A DNA stretch of 63,061 bases, counting the filler, from Octopus bimaculoides (lineage: Eukaryota): assembly GCF_001194135.2 (NCBI RefSeq). It is 6 parts of 6 records of this genome, joined end to end, with 100 filler letters (N's around TTAATTAATTAA, not from the genome) between each part and the next. Parts side by side here need not be neighbours in the genome. Positions count along the whole stretch, not along the records: positions 15,876 to 32,609 come from NC_068993.1; positions 32,710 to 48,720 come from NC_068999.1; 4 more parts are not named here. One strand, given 5' to 3'. A program made the position numbers and the translations under genes. Position 1 is the stretch's first letter; every line of letters starts with the position of its first letter. Positions 23,407 to 36,385 of the stretch are shown one piece after another. The notes under the pieces were generated by a model. That model ran no database searches. It had not been told where the DNA came from and was given only the letters and a program-made list of their open reading frames with translations.

Positions 23407-24307
23407 CAGGAGTGGGGAAACTTTTTTAATGCGGCGGGCAAACATTTCCAATGAAAAAGGTCCGCGGGTGGACCACAAGTTCTAACTCTTATATCTGTGT
23501 AAATCTTGTATATATCAATGTATAATTCGATATACATTAATAAAGATAAGACGCATTAAATTAATGCGTAACATCTTCATTAACGCCACCACTGAATTTA
23601 GGACGTTTATATTACTTATGAGGTATTATGAGCTAAAGGCCTCTTGGAGATAGTACAAATTTTGCAATATGTGTTTTATAGTGGAATCAAAATTTCCATT
23701 CAAACGGCAATTATCGGACGATTTCTGTTCGAGTCTACTCATTTTAAGTCATAGTGGAAACGCGACCGATGTCACAAATAGGCATATGAATATTATATAA
23801 ATTTTATAATTGAAAAATTTATTATATTTTGTACGGGCGCGGGAGTGGCTGTGTGGTAAGTAGCTTGCTTATCAACCATATGGTTCCGGATTCATTCCCA
23901 CTGCGTGGCACCTTGAGCAAGTGTCTTCTACTATAGCCTCGGGCCGACCATAGCCTTGTGAGTGGATTAGGTAGACGGAAACTGAAAGAAGCCCGTCGTA
24001 TATANNNNNNNNNNNNNNNNNNNNNNNNNNNNNNNATATGTTTATGTGTCTGTGATTGTCACCCCATCATCGCTTGACAACCGATGCTGGTGTGTTTACG
24101 TCCCCGTAACTTAGCGGTTCGGCAAAAGAGACCGATAGAATAAGTACTAGGCTTTCAAAGAATAAGTCCTGGGGTCGATTTGCTCGACTGAAGGCGGTGC
24201 TCCAGCATGGCCGCAGTCAAATGACTGAAACAAGTAAAAGAGTAAAAGAGTATATCGGCCTGCGGGCGCAATAAAATGTCTTACAGCGAGTTCGGTTGCC
24301 ATCTCGG
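23407..24307 (+). mobile_element. Decayed hAT-like element interrupted by a SINE
   Basis: caggagtggggaaacttttt...gcgggc start and ggcctgcgggcgc...ggttgccatctc end resemble hAT termini; weak similarity to a transposase C-terminus near 23640-23780. Confidence 0.4.
23836..24252 (+). mobile_element. Near-complete tRNA-derived SINE family A with an internal (TA/TG) tract and small N gap
   Basis: tRNA-like head (ggcgcgggagtggctgtgtggtaag; B-box-like ggattcattcc), body, and tail aagtaaaagagtaaaagagt. Confidence 0.92.
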
Positions 24308-24339
24308 GTGTTTGTATGCCAAAAGGTTAATATTACCAG

Positions 24340-24520
24340 TTAGTTTAGCGGCATTTTGTCCTTCTTTACGTTCTGTGTTCAAATTCTGCTGAGGTCAACT
24401 TTGCCTTTCATCCTTTCGGGGTTGATAAAATAAATATCAGTGGAGCACTAGGGTCGGTGTAATAGACGTATTTCCTCCTTCGAACTTGCTGGCCTTTTGC
24501 CAAAATTTGATACCAATATT
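24340..24520 (+). mobile_element. SINE family B
   Basis: ttacgttctgtgttcaaattctgctgaggtcaactttgcctttcatcctttcggggttgataaa...ggccttttgccaaa. Confidence 0.85.
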
Positions 24521-24937
24521 ACCAGCTAATGGTTGATATTATGCTAGGTTCATCCGAGCTTTTGGCATGTTTCTGCTTTTGTCCCATGGAATTTATAGCA
24601 GCCCTCTTCATCAGGATATCCTGGTGGGTTTGGCGGTTTTGTCAACAACAATTTAACCTTATAACACGCACTGAATTACATGCTTCCTGTAGTACTCAAG
24701 AACGAACTCATAAACACAAACATTCACGTCACATAAATTATACGTGTACACACACACACACACGCACGCACACGCACACATATACACACATAAGACACTT
24801 GCCTTCAAGATGCCGCGGAGTAGGAGTGAACCCGGAACCATGTAGTTGGGAAACAAGGTTCTTACCACACAGCCACGCCTGACATAAAATCATACACACG
24901 TGTATGGACGCGCAAAACAAAACAAATACACACGTAC

Positions 24938-24978
<41 letters not shown>

Positions 24979-27900
24979 TTTAATTGCTACATACATATAT
25001 ACATACGTTCATACATACATACATACATGCATACATATATAGCTGATACGTACATACATGTACATACATGCACATATATGCATATACACGCACATACATA
25101 TTGCAAACATACCGATAGAATGCAAACGGAAATACTCACAAATTGTATACGAACAGATATATGATGCATTCATACAAACACTCAAATACACATACACAAA
25201 TATACGCAAACGTAAACACCCACCAATTCCCATATATGGACACACACACACATACATACATACATACATACATACATACATACTGATAGACACATACAAA
25301 GCTACATACGTATAGAAATATCTCACAACCTCCAAACACGCGCAGCAAACCTCAGTATATATATATATATATATATANNNNNNNNNNNNNNNNNNNNNNN
25401 NNNNNNNNNNNNNNNNNNNNNNNNNNNNNNNNNNNNNNNNNNNNNNNNNNNNNNNNNNNNNNNNNNNNNNNNNNNNNNNNNNNNNNNNNNNNNNNNNNNN
25501 NNNNNNNNNNNNNNNNNNNNNNNNNNNNNNNNNNNNNNNNNNNNNNNNNNNNNNNNNNNNNNNNNNNNNNNNNNNNNNNNNNNNNNNNNNNNNNNNNNNN
25601 NNNNNNNNNNNNNNNNNNNNNNNNNNNNNNNNNNNNNNNNNNNNNNNNNNNNNNNNNNNNNNNNNNNNNNNNNNNNNNNNNNNNNNNNNNNNNNNNNNNN
25701 NNNNNNNNNNNNNNNNNNNNNNNNNNNNNNNNNNNNNNNNNNNNNNNNNNNNNNNNNNNNNNNNNNNNNNNNNNNNNNNNNNNNNNNNNNNNNNNNNNNN
25801 NNNNNNNNNNNNNNNNNNNNNNNNNNNNNNNNNNNNNNNNNNNNNNNNNNNNNNNNNNNNNNNNNNNNNNNNNNNNNNNNNNNNNNNNNNNNNNNNNNNN
25901 NNNNNNNNNNNNNNNNNNNNNNNNNNNNNNNNNNNNNNNNNNNNNNNNNNNNNNNNNNNNNNNNNNNNNNNNNNNNNNNNNNNNNNNNNNNNNNNNNNNN
26001 NNNNNNNNNNNNNNNNNNNNNNNNNNNNNNNNNNNNNNNNNNNNNNNNNNNNNNNNNNNNNNNNNNNNNNNNNNNNNNNNNNNNNNNNNNNNNNNNNNNN
26101 NNNNNNNNNNNNNNNNNNNNNNNNNNNNNAACAGACCACTAAACAATTTTTTTTATTTTATTTAATTTTTATATTTTTTCGGTTGATTTTGTTTCGCTTT
26201 CTCTTTCACTTTGCCTTTCATTCTGTTTTTCTTTCGCTTTCTCTCTCTCTCTCTCTCTCTCTTTTTTCTCCCTGTCTTTCTCTTGCTCTCACTTTCATTC
26301 TCTCTCTCACTTTCATTCATTCCCTCTTTGATTCATTCAATCTCTCTCTCTCTCCTCCCCCTCTCTCTCTCTTTCTCAACCGTCACTTTTTTCTTGTGCG
26401 TATATATATGTAAGGGTATGTATGTATGGTTGTATGGGTAAACGAATGTATGTATGGTGAGTGTATGTGCATGTCCGTATGAACATATATATACTTNNNN
26501 NNNNNNNNNNNNNNNNNNNNNNNNNNNNNNNNNNNNNNNNNNNNNNNNNNNNNNNNNNNNNNNNNNNNNNNNNNNNNNNNNNNNNNNNNNNNNNNNNNNN
26601 NNNNNNNNNNNNNNNNNNNNNNNNNNTATATACGCATATACGCAAGCACACATACATGGATAAATACATGCGTGCACACACACATGTATGTATATGTATA
26701 TATATATGTGTGTGTGTATATATATACATATATATACATACACACATGTATATCTACATATATATACGCATATACGCAAGCACACATACATGGATAAATA
26801 CATGCGTGCACACACACATGTATGTATATGTATATATATATGTGTGTGTGTATATATATACATATATATATATGAATGTGTATTAACACATACACGTATA
26901 CACGCACAGAATATATTTATAATACACAAATGTGTCTGTGTGTTACACACATATATACACACACATATATATACACATACACATATCTATCTATCTATCT
27001 ATGAGCCTCCCCTCTCTCTCTCTCTCTCTCTCTCTACCTATCTATCTATCCACGTTAGGTATCTCTGTATGGGTAAAGGTAGGAGGAAGTGAACACAGAC
27101 AGGTGTGGTTTTGCGTCGTTGACTTTGCTTGTGTGAGCACGCAATATTGATTCCTTTTAACTAGGCAGACGGCCAAATTTATTTTCTCACTATGTGTGTG
27201 TGCGTGTGTATGTATCCATGGTTGTATGCGTATGTGTGTGTGTGTGTGTGTGTATATATATACATATATATAAACATACATACATATACATTCATACATA
27301 TACATACACATACACACACACAAATATATATATATTATTGCGTCAATTTAATCGATCCTCTTCTCCTTTTCTCCTTGTTCTTTCTCTTCTTTTTTCTTTT
27401 GCTCCTCCTCGTCCTCCTGCTCCGCTTCCCTCCTCCTTTCCCTCTTTTTTTCTTCCACCTCTTCCTTGTCACCTGCCTCCACCTCCTCTTCTTCCACCTC
27501 CCCTTCTCCTCTTCCTCTTTGCTGCTGCTACTGTTGCTGTTGTTGTTGTTCTTCTTCTCCTCCTCCTCCCCTCCTCCTCCTCCTTCTTCTTCTCTGTCGT
27601 CGTCGTCATCATCATGATCATCATCATCCTCATCATGTTCACAGCACTACGTTCGCAGTCTCGTACAACTTCCATGAAATAAAAAGAAAAAAAAAGCCAA
27701 CAAACAAACAAGCAAACAAACAAATAAATAAATATATATATAAGAACGGTCCATTCATTGAATTGGCCAAAATCTGACCAAGACAGGTTTATTTACTTAT
27801 TCCTTTATTCACTTATTTATTCATTTATTTATTCATTCAATTTATTTTAAAATTCTACTCATTTGACTGAGCTCTTTGATAATCATGTTGGACAAGGAAA

Positions 27901-28210
27901 TAGTTCTGACGATACCTTATAACTTTGCAAGACATGTTTATGGCCCCTTAAAGAAGCGAGTCGTGGCTATTCTTGACCTACATAATTAATAACAACTGAG
28001 TGTAGGATGGCCGGAGTGGTTCATGGTTCGATGCCTACGACCAATCGACTCCAGCTATTTTCTTTTCTGTTTTTTTTTTTTTTGTTAATGACTGGTATTT
28101 ATTCTGTTTCTTTTGCAGAACTGCTATGTTACGGGGACGCAAACAAATCAACACCGGTTGTCAAGTGATCTTAGGGTACAAACACAGACACATACCAACA
28201 CACATACATA

Positions 28211-30640
28211 GTGAAAGAGATGGACAATTGTTCGCAAGAATATAATACCGTGAATTGTGAAAGAATTGAGATCAGAGACTACTCAAATAGTGAAGATCGA
28301 TTGATAATAGAAAGAATTGTGGATCTATTAAATACAGAAGGGACAGAATTTATGTGCGACTTTAAGAAGGCTAACCAATGGAGACTAAATCAAGAGACGA
28401 GTAAAGTCAATAATGTATTGAGACACATTGAAACAAAGAACATCACACAAACAAATAATCTTATCAAGGCTGCTGGTAAGATTGTGGTGGAAAGGATGGG
28501 ACCGAAAACTACTGATAATAGAACAGCGACGGATAGAAGAGTAAATAAATAGCCGTGGTGGAAAAGGATTTCTGAAGATAGAAACCCCTTGGATAGTGTA
28601 ATGTTAATACTTGTCAGGAAAAGAAATGGAGAACTTAAGAATGAATGGAAATTCGAAAAAGTTAGGAAGAAGTATGGTGTAGATACAAAAGGCTTCAATG
28701 TTGTAATTGAAGAACTGAAGCAGTGCACACATGCAAGAAAAGCAAAGCTAATTAGCTTTGAACAACAGATTAAGCAATACCGGTGAAACAAATTGTTTAC
28801 AACCGATCAAAAAAGATTTTACCAAGAGAGTAATGCTGATAGAATACGTGAAAGATTTGTCCATGATGCTGATGAAAGTCGACTTTTCTGGAGTAAGATA
28901 TGGAGTAAGCAAGATGAGACACAAGTGAGTTCCTTGCTGAACACGGTCCACTGTTTTAGTACTGATATTAGAATGGAATTTGAATTCAAGAAGTGCCGAA
29001 TAATCTACCTGAAAAGAGGCAAAGTACAGTCCATAGCAGGGACACAATTACCGAATAGAGACTTGATTAAGCAAATTGATACGGAAGGAAACAAATACCT
29101 TGGTGTACTAGAGTCCAACGAGATACTGGAAAAAGAAATGAAAGAGCAACTGAGGATGGTGTAGTGCTCAAAATTGACTGGATGGAATAAAATCCAAGCA
29201 GTGAATACGTGGGCCATAACATCATTTCGGTATGGAGCGGGAATTATAAAATCGCAAAAGAGATAAGGGATGAAAATGGATAACAAGACCAGAAAAATTA
29301 TGACAGTACACGGAGCCTTCCACCCTAAGAGTGACACCGATAGACTGTACTTGTGCAGAAGAAAGGGTGGGAGAGGTTTGATCAGTTGCCAGGACTGTAT
29401 CGAAGCAGAGGCAAACAGCTTAGAGTAGTTTGTAAAAAATGCCATGCTTTTCTTTTTTTGTTCATTTCTTGTTTAATTTTTTCTTTAATTACACAATTTT
29501 GAGTTTTGATGACGCCGGCCTCCTTCGTGCGTTTCAACAGTGGCTCCATGGAATTTTTTTATATACCACCTTAAGCAATAATTTCATTGGCAATTTCTCT
29601 CTAGAGATATGGAACAGGAGTGCTACAATGGTGAACAGAGGAACTACGATCCTTGGATGAGTAAACAAGAAAACTACTAACAGCACATGATGTGTTCCAC
29701 CCGAAAATTGATGCTGACAGGTTTCACCTTACGAGAAACGAAGGAATGCGGGAAGTGATAAGTTGTGAGGATTGTATTCCATATTGCTTGGTGTATAAAG
29801 AATGCAAAAGAATCGTCACTTGTATGAGTAAGAAAGGCAGGAGTATTACGTATGGATAGCAGTCAGGAAAAAATGAATTAAGAGACAGTGACAGAAGCGA
29901 AGAGGGGAAAATAACTGGAAGGATAACAAAGCCACACGGTTAGTTCTTGAGAGAGATATCAAAGGACACAGACCCAGATAAAAGATGGCTGTGGTTACAA
30001 AATAGCGATCTGAAACCTGAAACAGAGGACGTGATATGTGTAGCATATGAACAAGCTTTAAGAACTAATTATATAAAGCGCAAAATTGAGCAACCAGCAG
30101 AATGAGACAAATACAGAATGTGCGGTGAAACTGGAGAGACGGTGTGGCATATTTTAAATGAATGCTTCAAATTGGCCCAGAGAGAATACAAGAGAAATCA
30201 TGACAATGTCGCCAGAGCAATCCACTGAGAACTACATAACAAATTTTGTGTGGAAAGAGCTTGGAAATATTTTGGTCATGAGCCAAAGGGTGAGGCAGAA
30301 GATGATAGATTAAGATCCGCTGGGATTTCATGATCCAGTGTGACCATAGATTCAAACATCGGAAATCTGATATCGTACTGGTAGACTAGAAAATAAAAGT
30401 CATGCTTCGTAGCAGATATCGATTGCTTTGGTAACAGTAGAGCTGTCGAAAAAGTAGAACTGATGCAATATAAAGCCACGAGGAGAGAAATGAAAGAGTT
30501 GTGGTCAATGAAAAGAATATATACTGTTCACAATAATTTGTTGTTGCCCTGGGTACAGTCAGTAAGAATATAAAAAAATGGTTGAAAATGTTAGGAATAT
30601 AAATGAAAAGAAGACATATCCAGAAAACAGTATTACTTAC
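28211..30640 (+). mobile_element. Rearranged R4/Dong-like LINE (N-terminal domain, RT remnant, CCHC region, restriction-like endonuclease)
   Basis: ...PWWK; FWSKIW joined directly to VHCFSTDIRMEF (RT core missing); WNKIQAVNTWA...FHPKSDTDRLYLCRRKGGRGL; RMCGETGETVWHILNECFKLAQREYKRNHDNVA; KSDIVLVD...ALGTVSK. Confidence 0.85.
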
Positions 30641-30800
30641 ACTTTGCGTGGTTTACTTCGTTACTATGTCAACAGTCCGGATACTTATTGATCAGATCTC
30701 GTATCTAGAATACTCTGCGTCTCTTAAGAGAAGTCTCTGAGACAAAAAATATCACTAGTCCTCTTCAACGTTTTTATATACATTAAAAATGCTTTATACA

Positions 30801-30833
<33 letters not shown>

Positions 30834-31354
30834 GGATACGCACACACACACTCACATATACACCCATATCAGTCGGAACCCGAATGTATACATTATGGAG
30901 CTCTCTACTAAAGCTGTACTGCATATAAAGTAATATCTTCGTTGCATTTGCAACATATTTTATGTCTGTAGTACGTATAATAACTTCTTTCTGCATTTTC
31001 ATTTCAAATTATATTTTTATTGTTAATGTCTGAGTCTAGAAAGTCTAATGCAAAAGTTTTACACGTAAGCTTGAATGTATCTGAATCATAAATATTTCGG
31101 ATGTTTATGACATTTTACAATGTCTGTCTTGTGTATAAAATCTGGTCTCCTTCCCGTATGAGTCTCTCCAGTAAACCACTGACGACTAAGACTCACAAAC
31201 GAATTTTTATGAATACGTGTTTTCTAAGAACGTAACATCATCTTCCTACTGCATATTGCGAGTATAAGAGTATTACACACACACAAACACAGACACACAC
31301 GTACACTTATATATATTATACACACACACACACATACCATATACATTATCTATC

Positions 31355-31383
<29 letters not shown>

Positions 31384-31385
<2 letters not shown>

Positions 31386-31498
31386 GCACAGGAGTGGCTG
31401 TGTGGTAAGTAGCTTACTTACCAACTACATGGTTCCGGTTTCAGTCCAATTGCGTAGCACCGTGGGTAAGTGCCTTCTACTATAGCTTCGGGCCGACT
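31384..31498 (+). mobile_element. SINE family A, 5' fragment
   Basis: ggcacaggagtggctgtgtggtaagtagctt...ctactatagcttcgggccgac. Confidence 0.85.
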
Positions 31499-31648
31499 AT
31501 ATATATATTCTCTTACTTGTTCCAGTCATTGGATTCCAGCCATTTTAGGGTTATATACTCACATATTTGTTCGCTTCAAACCAACAAGGCTCCAAGTTTT
31601 GACACTATCTCTTCCACTATTCGCAAATATTTTTGCACTAAACTACTA

Positions 31649-31682
<34 letters not shown>

Positions 31683-32576
31683 GTTTCATTCCCAAGAAAC
31701 GTATCATTTTAAATTCTACCAAGTATCACTCCATCCCCCGGAACTATAGCGAAAGATCTACACCCAAGGTACTGCGTATTGAGACTGAACCGAAACCAGA
31801 GAGTTTCAAAACGAACCTCTTTTCTTCTTAACCACACAGCCACAGTTATATATCCATACGGTGCGTATATACCGAATTACAAACATGTGCACAAGCTCAC
31901 AGTTACATTCCTCTTCTTGTCGCCTTCTGCAGTCATCATCATCATCATCATCACTAACATCTGTTCAGAAAGGAGTTAGATTTAGCTAAGTTACATTCCA
32001 TCCGACATGTCAAGTTTAAAACCTGCCATTCACTCAATTCCCTTTGCGTATTCATTGATTGATTAAAGTCTGAATTTCAAAGACAGTAATGCCGAGTGAA
32101 AATTTCACAAGAACACACCGGTAACTAAATAAAATATTTCTTGGACAGCATTTACTCGTGAGGTACAACACTGATCAAAGTCTCGTGTGGACAGACGAAG
32201 TAATGTTGCTTTGAAATAACTAACGATTTTGGCGAGCTTAATTCGTTGAGCTTCGGGAAAACTAGTTTCCAGCAAAGTCGCGATGGATTCTATCAACTTA
32301 AAACCTTGTTATGTTCTCTTCATTACGACAACGACTACCCACCCAATACATACACACGTACATACATACATGCATGCATGCATACATACATATATACATG
32401 TATATGCATATATACATATATATATATGTATATATGTATATGTGTTTGTGTGTTTATATATAATATATGATGTATAATATATATTATATATATATAATAA
32501 ATATATAAATATATACATAAATATATATATAACTATATATATAAATAAAATTAAGGATAGAGATATATAGATATAC

Positions 32577-32607
<31 letters not shown>

Positions 32608-32609
32608 TA

Positions 32610-32709
32610 NNNNNNNNNNNNNNNNNNNNNNNNNNNNNNNNNNNNNNNNNNNNTTAATTAATTAANNNNNNNNNNNNNNNNNNNNNNNNNNNNNNNNNNN
32701 NNNNNNNNN
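32610..32709. other. Synthetic scaffold spacer N44-TTAATTAATTAA-N44
   Basis: Core at 32654-32665. Confidence 0.97.
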
Positions 32710-32781
32710 TTCATTGACTTTCATATATTTATATTGATATACATATATATACGTGTGTTTGGGTGCGTGTGTTTATATACA

Positions 32782-32872
32782 TCTCTATATATAAAGATGA
32801 TGCGTAGTCTAGACGGCGTTTTTAGATTTCATTGTTCTCTTTAACCCGGGCAACGCCGGGTATTTCTGCTAG
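32782..32872 (+). mobile_element. 91-bp non-autonomous Helitron-like element
   Basis: A|TC...CTAG|T boundaries and a GC hairpin cccgggcaacgccggg (32845-32860) ending 8 nt before CTAG. Confidence 0.75.
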
Positions 32873-32921
<49 letters not shown>

Positions 32922-33592
32922 CTTATGCATTCCAAAACCGAGTTACCGATTTTGACGTATAGCGTCTCAAAAGATTCAGTACTATTTCGGCTACAGATTA
33001 ACTTAATTTCCCTTCACATATTTGCATTTCAAAAATTTTACGTCACAATCTTTTCCATAAATCAACTATCATAAACATTTTATACGATGACGTCACGTTT
33101 TCTATATGCGTGTGTACCTTAAAAGACATCAATCATCAGGACACACACCTTGACTTACTCACTCTATCTCTCTTTCTCTCTCAAACACATACGCACACAC
33201 ACGCACGCACGCAAGCACGCGCACACACTCACATGAACGCACATACACACGTCCATTTCATATACACGTACATACACCTTTCCCTTTCTCATCTCCTCTT
33301 TCCTTTTCTCTGACCTTTTCGCTTTCTCTGCTTTCAATTTTTGGTCTCTTCAAATAAATTTTTACGGAATGAGCGGGAGAAACACAAAATGAGCCACCAC
33401 AGCAGAATGGTGTGTCAGTGTATGTGTTGACTGACATAACGAACGGCTGGAGGTGGAACTCTTGACAAAAACAATGCGGTGGCAGGTCCAAGGTATATAA
33501 AAATACACATTTACCGTTCAATTCCCAGTTAATAATTATCGCACAAGTTGCAAGGTTGCAAGGTATTTACAGTAACATATTTACCCTTAGAT

Positions 33593-33626
<34 letters not shown>

Positions 33627-34084
33627 GCACACACGCGCGCGCGCACACACACACATATGCACACACACACACGCACATATATATATATATAGATATTAAA
33701 AAAATTATCTATCACCTCATTGGTTCCCTGTTACCCACAACCGAACAACCACAGTTCCTCCAAATTTACTTTATGAGAGATGTAGGACAACAAACCCGAA
33801 GGAGGTGCCAAAATTTCAGACGATGGGTCGTTTTAGACACAGCGCCGACTGCTGCAAAAGAGAATGTATCCACTGACAGCTTTTCAGTGCATTCAAAAAT
33901 CACATAATTCCCACCACCAATTTTCCTTGATAGGTTAGGGTCTGAAATACTCCAAACGGACGCATAGCATGTTGCTTAGTCGAATTAGCCCATCATTTAC
34001 TCCACAAATGTTTTGTTATCAATGCTGCACTTTCCTATATCACCTATTTCAACATAACTGTAATATATACAAACTATGCCATTT

Positions 34085-34116
34085 TAATCCTGAGCAACGC
34101 CGAGTATCTCTGCTAG
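34085..34116 (+). mobile_element. Helitron-type 3' terminus (5' end not located)
   Basis: ttaatcctgagcaacgccgagtatctctgctag|t is homologous to 32841-32873. Confidence 0.6.
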
Positions 34117-35930
34117 TATATTCATAATCACACACACACACACACGTATACACGTATACACTTGTTCGCAGAGAATATACTTCATCTGAAAAGAAATCTA
34201 TTTCTTTTGTTGTCAACGAATGTCTCATAGGCTTCTGCCAGCTGTTTAGTCCAAATCTCCAATCCAATCCAATACATTTATATTTGCATGTATGTGTCTC
34301 TGTGTAATTTGAAAATTTTTTTATATATATGATGTCTATTTGTATTTGCTTCTGTAGGTGCAAATGTTTGTGCATCGTCGTTTCTCTTCAAATATATATA
34401 TATTCATACATGTATAGATGTATATTTATGTGTGTCTGTGTGTGCGTGTTTTTATATATCAGTATAACGTTTGTCGTTGTCGCCCTCCTACGATTCTCAA
34501 GCCTACTGGTGTTCTTACTGTCCGTTGCTACCTCCCTCAACTTACACTTCTCATGTTTCCTTATTCTTTATCTCCCATTACTCCCCCTCTTTCTCTCACC
34601 AATTCCAGTTTCATATTTCCTTCAACATCAGTCGGCATTTCTATTCTCTTCGACGAAGAATTTTAGACTTCTCTTCTTCCCCACGGCATTAAACTTATTC
34701 CAATGTTTGAATTATTTTTACTTTTTGCCAATGTAGAACATCATAGCTTCACCCCATATTCTACTGTTTCACTAACTAGACAGTAGTTAAAAATAAAACC
34801 TAACAAAAACAACACAAGATATACATTTCCACACGAAATGATGGTGGAGGAGGAATTACTGTTAATGACTTTACAAAAGCTGTTCTTGTTGCAACTGAAG
34901 CAAGCTGCAGATGCAATTCTCTAGTTTATGAACAATGGTTTCATGGTTCTTTTAAGTCTTGCTCTTTTGTGTAAAGTTATTCAATTAGTAGTTCATATCA
35001 ATCTTCTCCTCACCTCATTGCATTGATACTCCACCTACCCATTACTCAGTCTCTGCACCGTTCCATCCCCGTCTAATTATGACAATTTCAGGATGTTGAT
35101 ATTTAATGAATCCGGAATTAAACAAACAGCAAACAAAAGTAGAACACAATACAAAACACACACACACGTACGCACACATACTGCATAGTACAAACAGAGA
35201 AACACGGGGAAAAAAGAAATGGAAAACAGGAAATAGAAAAGGTGAAATGGAAGAAACAGAAAATATCGGAAAATAACAGAAAATTAGGAGGGAAGATGGA
35301 GTGGAGACTGAAGCTGGGGGGAATGTTGACGATGCAGATATTGATAATGTTGTGCTTGATAATGATGATGATGATGATGATGATGACGGCAGTTGATCAC
35401 ATTGGTACATACATTTGTAAGGAGATAATACTGAATAAAATACATTTCACAAACTTAAACTTTTATAGCAGAGACGTTCATTGGCATATAAACAAACACT
35501 TAAGGTATCTAATATTTGTATTTTATGATTTATTCATTCTAATTAAATATTCCACTGTATTGAATTTTCTTAGCTGATTTCATATTTCAAGAGGATATAA
35601 GGTTAGCGGAGAACCTTTCTTACTAGTGTCGGTGAAACAGTGGACAATGGGCGTCTTATGCTATTTTAGAGGATTACCTTTTTATCCAGAGATCTCTACA
35701 ACCGTATAGAAAATAGAAAAATTATGTAGGGAGAAGATACATTGAGTAAATGAGGGAGCATCGATGCGGTTACTCGGTACGTTAAAAATATCCGTCAAAT
35801 TCCCTCAAATCATATTCTGCAAACTTTAACCACAGGATGGTCAGATAGGTGGGAAGATGCGGTCCTATAGGTACGTACGTACGTACATACATACATACAT
35901 ACATACATACATACATACATACATACATAC

Positions 35931-36385
35931 AAAGCTAAAGGTAGCGAAAAAGAAAATACCTACGTTGAACTGCTGAGAAATCTACAGTTACTCTACACAT
36001 ATTACAAGATCAGGGTTATAGCTGTAATTATTGGGGCACTGGGATATGTAACACACTAAGTACCAATTATGAGAAATTAGGCTTCGCAAAACCAGAAAGG
36101 AGAAGGCTGGTTCGAAGACTACAAATCCAAGCTAACACTGGAATTGTAAAAACCTGTAAAACTTTCCAGAAGTTTATTATTTAAGTATATATGAGCACGT
36201 CTGGGCACACAGCTATATGCATGAGAATGTATACATAAAACAAAACATACAAATCTTCACATGCACTAACTCCAAATACTACGCATATACACACATACAT
36301 GCAAAAATACCCCGTTGATGTTGTTGAAATTCTAATGAAGGGACTGGCTTTTTCTCTATTGGTAAGAAATAAACTGAATAATGAC
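35931..36385 (+). mobile_element. 3' end of R4/Dong-like family 2, directly after (CATA)n
   Basis: KAKGSEKENTYVELLRNLQLLYTYYKIRVIAVIIGALGYV...RRLVRRLQIQANTGIVKTCKTFQKFII*. Confidence 0.8.

Noticed and set aside
23836-23910. tRNA-like sequence with A/B boxes
   Set aside because: It is a SINE head continuing into the SINE body, with no complete cloverleaf, so not a tRNA gene.
25009-26146. Long ORFs spanning X runs (also near 12 kb, 38.5 kb, 40 kb and 53 kb)
   Set aside because: They are open only because they cross N gaps.
26627-26870. Roughly 134-bp tandem duplication next to a gap
   Set aside because: Microsatellite-rich and at a contig edge; probably slippage or an assembly artefact.
14470-27780. 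Many ORFs rich in Y/I/C/V/H/T/M, including poly-His (18064-18459) and poly-Met (18076-18267)
   Set aside because: These are translations of (TA)n, (TG)n, (TATG)n and (GAT)n microsatellites. The same applies to similar ORFs elsewhere in the window.
32156-32296. Possible minus-strand exon LIESIATLLETSFPEAQRIKLAKIVSYFKATLLRLSTRDFDQCCTSR
   Set aside because: Purine-rich acceptor, mediocre donor and no recognisable homology.
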